The position numbers and the translations under genes were made by a program. Source: Trypethelium eluteriae (lineage: Eukaryota). From it: a stretch of 35,006 nt of DNA. Numbering within the stretch: position 1 is the first letter of the stretch; each line of letters starts with the position of its first letter. Below the pieces are notes generated by a model. That model saw nothing but the letters and a program-made list of their open reading frames with translations, ran no database searches and was not told where the DNA came from. This document shows, piece by piece, positions 11,544 to 23,677 of the stretch. Location of the stretch: contig JAVECL010000220.1 in the NCBI GenBank assembly GCA_051942245.1, positions 1 through 35,006 on the forward strand, read 5' to 3'.

Positions 11544-13231
11544 TCATGCCTTCTTGTCGTTGAACTTGGTGACTCCATGCTTCGCAATGGGACTGTCCAT
11601 CAACGCATCAAAATGGTGCAATGCATATGCATTTTTCCACGTCACATCGATTTCCGTCGCACCGCGCATTCTCATCTCGTCATCGTAGGCTGAGATGGCA
11701 TCCGGGAGGGACTGCTTGCCTTCATGGACATCGGCAAGTATTGAAACATATCGTGCAGCGTCCTCAAGTGCGTTGTTAAGTCCTTGTCCACGGTCTGCAA
11801 GACCTAATTAGCATTGTTTACGAACATCGTGCAAGACAACGGAAAGAGCCAGGAAAGGGATTTAGACACAAAGATAACTTGAAGACGTACAAGGTGCCAT
11901 GGGATGGGCTGCGTCTCCTGCCAAGGTCGCACGCCCGCCATGATTGTTCCATTTCGGGGGATTTGGCCAGTCCTTCATGCGGTCAGGATGAATATAAGTA
12001 TCATCTCTAATCCACATAGCAGCAGACTTGAAGGGCTCGCAGTACGACTGGCTCATCTCTTTAAGTTGAGCCAGACGCTCTTCGTTCGTTGCTGCCGGCT
12101 CCGCATCAACCCATTTCGAGTAAAGCAACTGGAAGACCCAGGTTTCGGGATTATCCGCATCATTGATATCTGCGAGACAAAGGAGGGCCATGGTGTCTTG
12201 GGAAGGATGAGGAGAGATCTGACACGATTAGTGTTAAGCTAGGAGGGTTCGTTGGCCTTCTTAGATGAGTACACACCATTATCCAGGGATGATCGAAACT
12301 GCGGATGAACTTGGCTTGTTCGGCGGTGAATGTTTGGGTCAGATTCTACAAGTTCTGAGCCCCAGCCAGGAAAAGAAAACCCCCCAAAGAAAAGAGCGAT
12401 TAATTGCTCATGACGACTTACGAATACAGTGACAGGTATATGCCGAAGTTTTATCTCTTCTGGTGGTAAGAGGAAATTGCGCACTGTGCTTCTGACTATT
12501 TCTCGTAAGTTATAATTCATTGCAGAGCGAGAGAAGAAAAAGCGTGAAGATAGGAATTGAGCGAATTCTACACACCGCCGTCGCAGCCTACGAGACATGT
12601 GCCCTCTGCTGAGCTACCATCCTCGAAATGCGCAGTAATAGTATCATGATGTTCGTCAACCCGTAACAATTTCTTGCCGTACTGCGAAGGTTAGACCTCA
12701 GATCTCCTCTATGATATCGCAGTCGAGGACTTACTTGCACGTCAATTCCCCGTGAGAGTAGGAGTCGCAGTTTAGTTCGACTGACTCGCCTTGTGCTATC
12801 GGCCGCAATCCTGAACAGACGGTCTCCAGTCTTCCCATTCACCATTGGAATCGTGTGCTCTTGCTCTTCCGTCATTACTGCATTCGGGTCGTTGTGAGCG
12901 GAGCTAAGGTCTTGCTGAATTTCCTCTGGCCAATGCTTGATGTAAGCGCCTCCCCAGTGCAGGGCCATACTCCATTCCCGCTGCCAATGAACGTATTTGT
13001 CTGTATCTTGACGCTCGAAAACTGTCGATGATATGCCGAGCTTCCAAAGATATCTCATTAGCTTCTGCCAGCGCACTATACAGCTTGGGCCTGCGCACAC
13101 CTTTTTAAGCCCTTGGGCAACGGAGAGACCGGTCGTTCCTTATGCTATTAGTAAATCCCCTTCGACAATCGGCACAACTTGGGATTACCGGCACCAATGA
13201 TCAACACACGCAAATCGCTCGTCTTGTCCAT
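11544..13231 (-). CDS. FAD-dependent monooxygenase (FAD_binding_3 type)
   Basis: Eight exons that splice in frame: MDKTSDLRVLIIGAG|TTGLSVAQGLKK|LGISSTVFER...REWSMALHW...RRVSRTKLR...LVGCDG...RATLAGDAAHPMAP|YRGQGLNNALEDA...FNDKKA*. Confidence 0.9.
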
Positions 13232-13949
13232 TGTAGCGGCACTAGGATCAGGGTTCAGCAACAAAGACATACCACTTCGACCGAACTTGACGTTCAAAGA
13301 TTCAGAAGAGAACACGGCTCCTCTCTCTTGGATGGGTGGAGAGGGTACAATCAGTGGGGGACGACTCCATTGCGAAAGTGCTTAGCCGCGGGATACGGGG
13401 GAGTGTGGGCGACTTCGAATAAGGAAAGCTCGATGCAGCGTGCTGCAGCTACCGATGCTACCTGACCCATCACCCCTACCGTGGGGATCTTGGGCCTCGA
13501 CGGAGCGGGGACCGCAATCATCGTGCTTTTCATACGATCAATTGCGAACAGACAGATAAGGTACTGGAAAAGTGCTAAGTTGAGATGCGGCACGTCCAAA
13601 GACCCAAAGTAAGCAAAGGCATACCCGAGAAATGGTCAATCCCTGCCTATCCCGTCCAGTGGGTAAGTGACGTACCATGATTACTGCGTACCTTACCCAG
13701 CGGTCCCAGCCACCCAGCGGTGCAGCCCAGATCTCTCATCCGCTCGGACCATTGCCGTCCGTGCTTAACCGAAATAGACATCGATCCGACAATCACGTCT
13801 TACCCGCGCTGCCCCCCACCTTCGATAATCAGGAAAGTCAGGAATAAGAAAAGAAAAATATCAACAAGTCGACCTCTCTTCATATGAATCCGCAACTAGC
13901 GAATTTCATCCTCAACAAGACCCCCTCCCACATACTTCACCCAGACATC

Positions 13950-15131
13950 ATGGCCGATACCGTCTATACACTCAACACTGGCGCTCAAATTCCCGCTCTT
14001 GGCCTTGGAACATGGCAGTCTGATCCGGGACAAGTCAAGGCTGCTGTCTCCCATGCAATCCAGAAGGGATATCGCCACATTGACTGTGCGTATGTCTACG
14101 ACAATGAAGATGAGGTAGGCCAGGGTATCAAGGACGGGTTGGAAAAGAGTGGGATCAAGCGGGAAGACTTGTTCGTAACAACCAAGTTGTGGTGTACATA
14201 TCATAGTCGGGTGGAGGAGAACCTGGATAAGAGTTTGAAGAGCTTGGGGCTGGAGTATGTGGATCTATATCTGATGCATTGGCCAGTTCCAATGAATCCC
14301 AAAGGTCCGTGAGAGATCGGGCAATAACTCGAATGCTCTTCAGTTCTACTTCCTCCCTGGGTTGGCTGGAGGTCGCAGAGAAGATTCCTCAATTAATGCC
14401 GTGCTGACTGGTATTCTGCTCAAAGGCAATAACGAAAAATTCCCTAAACTGCCAGATGGTTCCCGCGATCTCGACGAGTCGTGGTCGCATTTGCAGACGT
14501 GGAGAGAGCTCGAGAAGCTACCAACTACGGGCAAAGTTCGCGCCATCGGTGTCTCGAACTACAGCGTCAAATACCTTGAGCAGCTCCTCTCCGTTGCATC
14601 TGTTACACCTGCTGCGAATCAAATTGAGAACCATCCGTACCTACCCCAGCAAGAGATTGTCGATTTCTGCAAGAGCAAGGGAATTCTGGTGGAGGCGTAT
14701 AGTCCGCTGGGGAGTACGGGGAGTCCTCTATTCCAGGAGCAAGGGGTTCAAGAGGTGGCTGCGAAACACAAAGTCACAGCAGGGGCGGTGTTGTTAAGTT
14801 ATCACAGTACAGCATCTTCCCCTCTTCATGTCTCCGATATTGCAACTGCTAATGGATCCTGCAGTTGCCCGGGGCCTAGTTGTCTTGGCCAAGTCAGTAA
14901 CGCCTTCAAGGATCGAGGAAAATAGGAATGTTATCAAGCTTGATTCAACAGACGTGGCTGCGTTGGATAAGATTTCCAACTCCAAGGGTATTACGAGATA
15001 TGTATATCCCGCATTTGGCGTAAGCATTCCATTTTCTCTCTGGAAAATGCATGTGTGCTCACCATGATGACCAGGTCAATGTGGGGTTTCCTGATAAACC
15101 CGACGGTAAAATCCTCAAGCAGACATTGTAG
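13950..15131 (+). CDS. NADPH aldo-keto reductase, GAR1-like (D-galacturonate/D-glucuronate reductase type)
   Basis: Exons 13950-14304, 14426-14806, 14865-15019, 15075-15131. AKR motifs GLGTWQS, HIDCAYVY, TTKLW, YLMHWP, IGVSNY, NQIENHPYLPQQEI, AYSPLGSTG, VLAKSVTPSRI. The segments NPKGNNEKFPKLPDGSRD and RYVYPAFGVNVGFPDK resemble, from memory, Trichoderma reesei GAR1. Confidence 0.9.
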
Positions 15132-15347
15132 TTCCTGAAGATATTCAAACCAAATCGCGTTTGGGTTTGTAAGTACTTGTAAATGACAGCTAGATGCGGT
15201 AGAGCGCTCAAGCGAGCATCCACTGACTTCATGATATACATGAAAATACGAAGATAGATGAGAGAAAAAGTCAAGAGGGTATCATATTCAAAAAAGAGAA
15301 GTTCTTAGATACTCATGGAGTCAACCGTGTGCAAGCAATCAGGCATA

Positions 15348-16306
15348 TCATTTCAATGCTTCAATAAGCCATTTTTCCCACCACCTTCGCACGGCAAGCA
15401 CAGCAGCTCTCCCGTCATTATACCTATCGTCGCCATCGGGGTTCCCGATGACCGCTGCAAAAAACCAAAACAGAGCTGCTGTCCAAGTCGCAAGCGCTAC
15501 GCAAATGCTAAGAAATGGGGAGAGCAAGTGAACCACCAACAGCCTAGGCACACTGTAGCTATTTCGAGGCGGCTCGGAATAAATGAGTCGCAATTGTAGT
15601 TGGAGAAGAGGAGCGAGGTGTTGCGAAAGTTGCTCGATAATGGACGGAAGTTTCGTAAAAATGCGTAATGGTTGCATGAAGATGACAAGGACGAGAGAGA
15701 GGAGGGTCCAGCAAAATATGCCAAAGGAGACAGCAACACAAATGCCCGAAAGATAAATCTGCAAGACGATTGTTAGGGCGAGCCTGCGGCGAATTGGGTT
15801 TTTGTGATCATTACCGTCAAGCGTAACGCATTTTCCTGTACCGGATCTACTTCCGTCTCATCTTCCTCAATGTAATTCAAGGTGGTTGGATATCCATCAT
15901 GCATAGGACTCTGCCGACCAGTTAACCGACCACCGCCAAGCATCTCCGCAGAGCGATCATGGCTTCCTTGAGAAGTGCGTGGGCTTTTGTAAGAGCCCGT
16001 GAGGGCACTTTTCCCCTCCGATCGAGGAGATTGAGGCCAAGAAGCAGCTAATCCAATGCTTGTCCGAGGCGTCTGTGCCGCATGCGAAGCTGATGTTGAC
16101 ACTGTAGAAGCCGCGCTAGGGGAGTGGAGAGGAAGCAGAGCCAGGGAGGTATGCTTGCTGTCGCGGATTGCTGCAGGCGACAGAGGCGCAACAATCGGTC
16201 GACCGAGCAGAGATGGGGACGTTGGATGACTTCTGTCTAGTGGTCCATTGTCGTTCAATTTGGGGAGTTCTGACATAGGTGGATGGTATCCCTGTACGAC
16301 CATCAT
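15348..16306 (-). CDS. Conserved hypothetical membrane protein (Ser/Pro-rich N-terminus, C-terminal hydrophobic helices)
   Basis: Two exons with an intron at ~15760-15814 (GTAATG..TTGCAG). Hydrophobic segments IYLSGICVAVSFGIFCWTLLSLVLVIF and LLVVHLLSPFLSICVALATWTAALFWFFAAVIGNPDG. Start codon uncertain. Confidence 0.7.
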
Positions 16307-18618
16307 GGACTCAGCGGCCTTGAGGAAGTGGATGAGCTGATTGATCCGGGGCTTCTGAGCTTGCAAGCGTCCACGGCAAGCAGCTCAAAGGCCGGAGGTG
16401 GTGAGGAGTGTGAGCTGTCGTGGTCGCGCCATGATGATATTTCAAGGGCTGAACGGGAGGAGAGGGGAGAGCGATGTCTTGAAGCAGCATTGGCATCGTA
16501 ATCCATTGCAAGTTGGCGGGTCTTGGGTTCTGCTTGAGAGGAAGTCTTGGCAGCTTGGCAAAAAGGCCTTTATGTACGCCAAGCGGGCGGTCAGCCATTC
16601 AGCGCCTGCCAATCGGCCTCCTACGTCCGACTGCCAAGTCCTGCCCGGCCTGCCCGGGACCAGATCCTCAGATGAAACACCGCTGCCTTTGTCGTCCTCT
16701 TGTCGTCCTGTATTTCTGCTCACTCAACGCTTGACACATCGTCGCTATCGTCCGGCCTTTCTCCTTTCCGGCCCTGACCAAGCACCGCCATCCAAGACAC
16801 TGTCCAAAGCCGAGTCCAAATGTAGTCCAATTTTAGTCCAACTCTTGCTCTCCTGCAGCCTGTGCCCCCCGGGCTCACACACCTGGATTGCCTCCTTTCG
16901 GCGAGATGGATTCCGTACTTGGCGTTGGCCTTGGCAAGACGTCCATTTCCTGTGCCAGTTTCCGAACTCGACACCACCCCAGAAGACATGATCCAAGAGT
17001 TCACCAGCAGGCACTAGGATGATTACACATTCGATGACTCTTAGCGAGATTTTGCCTGACGGGTCGAGTTCCTTGGCAAACCACTTACCCATTACTATGA
17101 TGACTATGTTCATCCTTCTTCCGCCCCGGTGAGCTCCACCTCTGTCAGCGGGTCTTCGACGCACGAGACCTCTCCGCAGTTTCTTGCCTCAACAAAAACT
17201 CAGTTGTGTCCTTTCGATTTAGCACACAATCCAAGAGTCAGGCTAGGTGGCTACCTCGATGCTTGGTAGCAACCACCACAACTATTCATCGACAGGTATC
17301 GGCATTAATCTCCATCCGTGTCTTCTGTTGTTCTAGAAAGCATAGTAGCGCGATCGCATTCCGCCGGTATCGTAAATCGTGATGGATGATCTACTGAGGC
17401 GGTTTCTCTAGACCTTTGCAGGGCGGACGAATCGTAAGTCTGGTGCGAAAGTGAGCTAAGTCTACCGATAGTCTTGGCTCATCAACCTTCTGCCACTCAC
17501 CCAGGCGGTCGAAATTCTTTATCACTTCACTCCACTTGTCCTCGTACATGCCGTCTTCGTTGGGCATATTTATGAATACCAAGAATATCGTCTCAAGAAG
17601 TTTCGCATTACCGGCGCAGCTAGGCCAAGATCCGTGGCGTCAACGTTTCTCACTTCGCTCGGCGTGCGGCAGTACAAAGCACCCAGCGCTCAATCAACGT
17701 CAATAGCCAGGATCTTCTCTTCCCCACGGTTCCGCACAAGGCAGAAGCAATGATGAAAAGTAGTCTAATAGATAAGAGCGCCAGCAAAAATTACGCCGGT
17801 GAAGCCCCCGTAGGAGATTCAAGTCAACCCCTCGCCACGCTGTGCAATGCAGGAGTGGTCAACTGGGTCCCAGATTCTTGAGCTTAGGATCCCCCAGCAA
17901 GGTAAGTATGAAGAAGAAAAAGAAAAGGTTCGTAGCAGCAGTGGGCATTGTTCTTATACTTGAGAGTAGCCCTTGCCACTAGCGTCATTACATCAGCAAG
18001 TGAGGTTGAGAGTGAGTGAGATTCGATGGTGCTGTTGCTGATGCGAGTCAGCGGAGTGAGTTGTGACTGATGCACATCACATACAATGGTGTTGGCGCCC
18101 AAAATCCTCACAGAGCAGCCATTGTCCAACTGAGTCAAAGTGATTTCTCTCTTCACTTACAGTACTGAACCCAAATTTGAAGCTGAATACTCATGAGTTG
18201 GTAACACCAGGCTGCCTTAACATATTGGATCATTGTTGAATCTATAGACTGGTTCTCAACGAAGCAGATTTTCGAAAATCTCCCTACATATCGCCAACAA
18301 TGTCATGGCTCTAAACAATGAGCTGGAGTCCTCCTAGTCTATACCAAAGAGCTGAGTATGTGGGAGGGACCTTATGCAATAGTATTTATGCAATTAGCGA
18401 TGATAGTCTTCCGTCATACGTACTTTCACGTTACAGCCGACTTCCTCTCGCAGGACCTCAAGTGGCAACACTTACAGGTAGATTCACATTCGGCAGTTTT
18501 ACTTGCTTTTTCTCCAGAAAATTCTTCATACCATGTTTCATGCTCGATCAGCTATCAAGAATGCTACACCACGTAACTCAAGTTACCGTCACGGTCAAAA
18601 ATCTGAGGCCTTGCAGCT

Positions 18619-19971
18619 TTAAGTCGCCGCGCGAGACCTCAGCACAGATTCCTTCGCCCGCGGCCTCATCTCGTTGTGGTACTTCTCCAACGCGTTTTGC
18701 ACGCCTTTGCCATTAGAGGGCAAGGCCTCAATAAACCTCGCCAAGCTCATCGAGTCCTTCATTGCTTGACAGCCCCCTTCGCCTTGGACTAAATGCAGTT
18801 ATTGGTGACACTTTAGAGAGAAAGCTGGCATTAGGGGCCCTTACAGGGTGTCATTGGGTGAATGGCATCGCCAAGAAGTGTGACGCGTCCCGTTGGTAGC
18901 TCGGGCGGGACCATATCTTTCATCTGGAGTGGAGGTTGCAGCATGCCTTTGACCGGAGTCTCTCGAATCGGTTCCGTTAAAGTCGGATGGAGGCCTTCGA
19001 GATGGTTCATTACGAAGGTGTGGAGCTCCTCTTTCGATGCCTTCGCCGTCCAGTATGATTCTTGCGAGGCTTGCTGATCAGACCTGGATACGGGCGTTGA
19101 GTGAGTAAATCGATCCCAGACTGATGATTGCTTTCGGCATGTACGGGCTCAACTGACCATGTATACATCCAATAATATTGAGCGCTCTTCTGATCATCGG
19201 CAATACTTTTCAGGCCGACGAATATGCGTCGGCCGTCCGAAACACCTACATAGAAAGACGCAGCAATCTCTGACCATCGTCTATATTGCTCTTCAGGAGC
19301 GATGACCTCACCCATAATGACACCCAAGTTCAATCGATTTGTACCAGTGTTCGCATACGGGAGAAGTTGGTGTCGTACTGGATCCAAGGGCTTGGTTAAA
19401 ACTGTCGCGAACACAAATGATTCTCGTACCTCGACTACTAATGCCATCTGCTCCCACCAATATATCCCCTTTATAACTGGTGCCATCTTCAAAAAAGGCT
19501 TGTATTCCGTCTTCGTTTTCCTCGTAGTGGGTAAATCGCTTGTTCCATTTGATCTGAATATTCGTCAAAAGCCAACTCCTCAGCTTTGCTCGATCAGCAC
19601 GGATGAACTGGAAACCAGGACCCTCGCTAAAACGCCGAATTTCACTTGTGTCTTCTCCATTCAGGATTGCACCTTCGGATGGGACGCCCAGATGCGCTGT
19701 TATGCCGACGGTGCCCAGGTCGGGAAGGTCGCCTTTGGTCGACTCAAGGAGATCGGACGTTATCCTGTAATGATCATCAAAAGGAGGCTTGACTAGCTTT
19801 GGGGATGGAATTTTACCAGCTATGGAGAGATATAGCCCATCCTTGGAAACGAGCACCTTCGAACGTGTCACGCTCGAACAGAGAGAAAGGAATACCACGT
19901 TTGCGAAGAGCCTGAGCCAGTGATGTCCCACCAAGACCAGCGCCTATAATCAGAACATGGGGCCCTGCCAT
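18619..19971 (-). CDS. FAD-dependent monooxygenase (FAD_binding_3 type)
   Basis: Five exons: MAGPHVLIIGAGLGGTSLAQALRKRGI..FERD..QGWAISLH, IRADRAKLRSWL, DILVGADGISSRVR, GRVTLLGDAIHPMTP|FQGEGGCQAMKDS, ending VLRSRAAT*. Confidence 0.87.
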
Positions 19972-20941
19972 TGGGAAGAGCCAATGTCAGTGATGTATCA
20001 GGGACGAGTAAGGAGATGTTGGTGGATGGTGTGGAAATCCCATACAGACATTAAATACTGTTATACCACCAGAAGGATGTGATATCTTTGCCCAATGCGG
20101 ACTGCTATTGATTCCGAACGCGCTATTCCAATGTGTCCGAGAATATATCGTATGACGATTTCACTATTCAAGAGCTAAGTTACCTACTGAAGCAAGACTC
20201 ATCCATGATGGAAGTCGACGCTTCGTATTCATGATCTCAAAGCTTACCATATGCAGCTTGAATTAATCCCGAAGAGATGCATCTCAGGACAAGGCAGATG
20301 AATGGACCACTTCGCGACAAACTATTTTCCGAGTCCGAGATGCTCGGAATGTTTTGAAGGCCGAAAGCAACCCTTGTATAAGAAACCTTTGGATCGAGCA
20401 GCATGGAAGTAGCGCCTACCGTATTGAATGAACAAATTTCTGTCTCTAAGCGAGAGATGTGCTATTTCAAGTTTTAGACCCATATCATGCGCTCTTTCGA
20501 GTCATTTATATAGGTACCTAGCATTCGTAGACACTAATCTTAGCCAACTCAGAGAAGGGCAGTGACATTTGAACTTCAAGCAAGCGCGAGACGAGGCAAT
20601 GGTGAGTAGGTATCTACAACCGTAAGCTATCATATGCAAACTTCGTACATTCTGTACGCAAGCCATCATTCGATACGCAATACCGAGCCTCCAACTATAG
20701 GTAACCCATCTGGGCACCTGCAGTTATCTGCTCCGGTCACGTGGGGCGGGGAGTCATGCACGAAACTTTCGTACAGACGAAGACGGTCACAATCTTGGCT
20801 TGCAACGAACTTATTCTTCTTCCTGGTCTTGTACACCATCTCTATCCCTTTCCATCATCTGTCTAGTCAACGTTCTATAGCTGGCAAGCCAACAAAAAAC
20901 TCGAGATCTATATTCAGAAGCCGATTTCGCACGGAATAACG

Positions 20942-21275
20942 ATGTCCATATATGACGAAATCGAAATCGAAGACCTAACTTTTGACAAGACTCTCCAGAT
21001 CTATCACTATCCATGTCCATGTGGCGACCGCTTTGAGATTGCTATTGATGATCTTCGAGACGGTCAGGATATCGCGGTCTGTCCGAGCTGCTCGCTCATG
21101 ATAAAGGTCATCTTTGACAAAGTGGGTCCAGGCGAATCTTTCCTTAAGCATAGCACTGCGAAACAAATTTGGGAATGGAGATACTAACAGGCTGTCCGTG
21201 TAGGATGATCTGCCGAAGCCTGAGGAGCCAGACCAGACGCAAGGACAGCAGCAGGTTATTGCTGCGGCTGCCTAA
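20942..21275 (+). CDS. DPH3: Diphthamide biosynthesis protein 3 (CSL Zn/Fe finger)
   Basis: [37 protein letters not shown]. Intron 21122-21203 contains a TACTAAC branch point. Confidence 0.96.
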
Positions 21276-21701
21276 AGAAGACGCTTTGGACCTGAGACAA
21301 CGCATTTAATCAAGAAGCAGCCAGAAGGGAGCACTAGATGACTAGGCGGCGGAATGTCGATCGAAGAGGGTATAACTCTGCTGAAGCTCTTAGTCATGCC
21401 AAAAGCTGGTAGATAAACCGCGTCCCGCCCTCAGAGAGCGACGATGATTCAATGCGCAATTGCTGAGTCGCTTCCAGATGGAGGAGAAGAGGAGAGTGTG
21501 TACATTCATACAAAGCACAACTCGATTGAAGAAAGAGTGAAGAATGATGAGATGGAACCATGGAGCCAAGTTTTCTCCACGAGGCCCATGCTCAAGGTTC
21601 CCGGATATCCATTGTTATATACAGCCGAGCATTTGCAGACCTGATACCAACCTTGAAAAAGGCAAATAGGTCATCCGCAAACCTTCCGTCCACCTCCTCA
21701 T

Positions 21702-22391
21702 CTACTGCTCAAGCGAAACTTCTAGCTCCTCGCGTAATAAATCCGTCAGGTTACTTCCGTCTCTCAAGTATATCCATGTACCCTCGCCCGTGCCTTCTTT
21801 TTGCTGCATGCCATCTCTCATAACCCAATCATACCTCTTAGGTCCGGTTATAGGCGAGCTCAGCCATATTTGCTTGTTCGGTGGCTGTTTGTTTATGACA
21901 TAGGTTCCTTTGGCTGGTATACTGACTGTGAGGACTCCGGCCTTTCCGACAAACTCTCAGTGATTGTGCTCATGCTGTATTTAAGGGACTAGGCATTCAG
22001 AAAGACATACGCTGAATTCCACGTCTATATCCTCTCTCGACTCCTGCATCTCCTCGAGTTTCGCTACCACAGCCTCCAGATATCGATCCGATATCTCATG
22101 ATATTCTTCATCTTTTATGTCCGTAGGTTGCGTGACTCGCTCTCCAGAAGATTCCTTCGGGACAGGATCTTCTGCATCAGGAATGATACCCTTGCTGAAC
22201 GCTGTAGACGTGTGAAAATTAAGTGACTGGGGACTCGGCGCGCTGAAATATAGTAGCGGGGTGCGTAGCGAGTGATTGCGTAGTCGTACGCAGGAAGCTG
22301 CTCGGACGTACGATTTAGGTGTCGGAATTCGAGTTGGTTTCGGGGTTCTCAGGCCACGCACAGCTTGAATGGCATTTCGGCGAGGAATCAT
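21702..22391 (-). CDS. YFH1: Frataxin homolog, mitochondrial precursor
   Basis: Exons 22391-22011 and 21941-21702. Arg-rich presequence; [58 protein letters not shown]. Confidence 0.96.
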
Positions 22392-22626
22392 TGTCGTTCA
22401 ATGTAAGTTGAAGAATGAGCTTCCATAAAGAGACTGTCCAGGAAGGCAGATAGTTGCGAAATACTAGGTAGCGCAAAAGGATGATTAATGAAGCTTTTTG
22501 ACGTTTGAGCTCAAGCTTTCCCCACATTTCGCAACGCAAGCTTCCATCCTTCACACTGAAGCTTCCTACACTGGTCGCAGTACAATCTTGAGACATGAGC
22601 CCGTTCCCAGCGCCATTTTATATATC

Positions 22627-23241
22627 ATGATCAACGCAGTGTTGGTTTTTAACAACAATGGCCAACCGCGACTGACTAAATTCTACACCCACCTGGTACT
22701 CTACCCATCGCTCGCGATATTTGCTACATAGAGCTGAACGATATTTTTGCAGGACACGAGCACGCAACAACGCCTCATCTCTGAAATCTTTACCCTCGTC
22801 GCGAATCGTCCCTCCAGCTCCTGCAATTTTCTCCCTCTCCCTCCTCTGCTTGCTTCCGCCTCCACATCCACCTCTGTCTCTTCATCTCCTAGCGACACCC
22901 CCTCTCTCATCACCTACCGGCACTATGCAACCCTGTACTTCATCGTCATCAGCACCTCAACCGAATCGCCTCTCGCGCTGCTCGACCTCATCCAGGTCTT
23001 CGTCGAGGCTTTGGATCGCTTGTTTGAGAACGTGTGCGAGCTGGATTTGATCTTTAATTATGAGACTTTGCATGCGACGCTTGGAGAGATGATTGTGGGG
23101 GGTGTGGTGGTGGAGACAGGCTTGGATAAGGTGGTGGATGGGGTGAAAAGTCAAGGTCGTGTAGCAAAGAGGCCAGGTGGGGAGGGTTTGAGGGGAGTGG
23201 GAGGTGCGGGATTGGGCGCAGGAGTATGGGCTGGACGGTGA
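22627..23241 (+). CDS. APS3: AP-3 adaptor complex sigma subunit
   Basis: Exons 22627-22695 and 22753-23241. MINAVLVFNNNGQPRLTKFY, YRHYATLYF, ESPLALLDLIQVFVEALDRLFENVCELDLIF, EMIVGGVVVET. Confidence 0.95.
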
Positions 23242-23677
23242 AGTTTGATCCCTGAGAAGACGAAGGGGCTCAGAGATAATCCACATGTGACTGCGCGTGT
23301 GGGATAACACTATTACGCACGAGGATCAACGAGTCCTAGCGGGCTACTTCGTGCGGCATCGATGTACAATCATCACTGGATGAAGGACATACTCCACCGC
23401 CGAGTCAGTGTAGATTGTTGCAGGTACGCCCCGACAGTCTACGGAGCAGGAGCTAGTGTCCATGGCTGGGGGTTGTGTCTTGATCTATTGTCTGAAATGT
23501 GCAGTTTAATCAGACTCAGTGGGGGTACGCATACTAGAACAACGGTGCAAACTGCTGCAACTTTACCTCAGGATTTCTACCCATGGGAAATAGACATGTT
23601 ATGAACTAGTGTACTTTTTTTCAAATGCGCTCTTTGGAAACGCTCGCTTCATGTGAGCAGCTTTTTTATAGATCTGT

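Noticed and set aside
13884..13949. 22-aa in-frame N-terminal extension of the AKR
   Set aside because: ATG 13950 has a strong context (catcATGG) and matches the usual family start.
16398..17164. ORFs of 139-197 aa on both strands
   Set aside because: Random-looking composition in GC-rich UTR/promoter DNA; no motifs.
17391..17582. 63-aa ORF with protein-like composition
   Set aside because: No ATG start, no linked exons and no recognisable family.
18770..18790. Apparent frameshift in the second monooxygenase
   Set aside because: Counting the five-C run gives an intact FQGEGGCQAMKD frame after splicing.
6833..19971. Secondary-metabolite biosynthetic cluster interpretation
   Set aside because: Tailoring-type enzymes are present, but there is no PKS, NRPS, terpene synthase, RiPP precursor repeat, transporter or regulator in the window.
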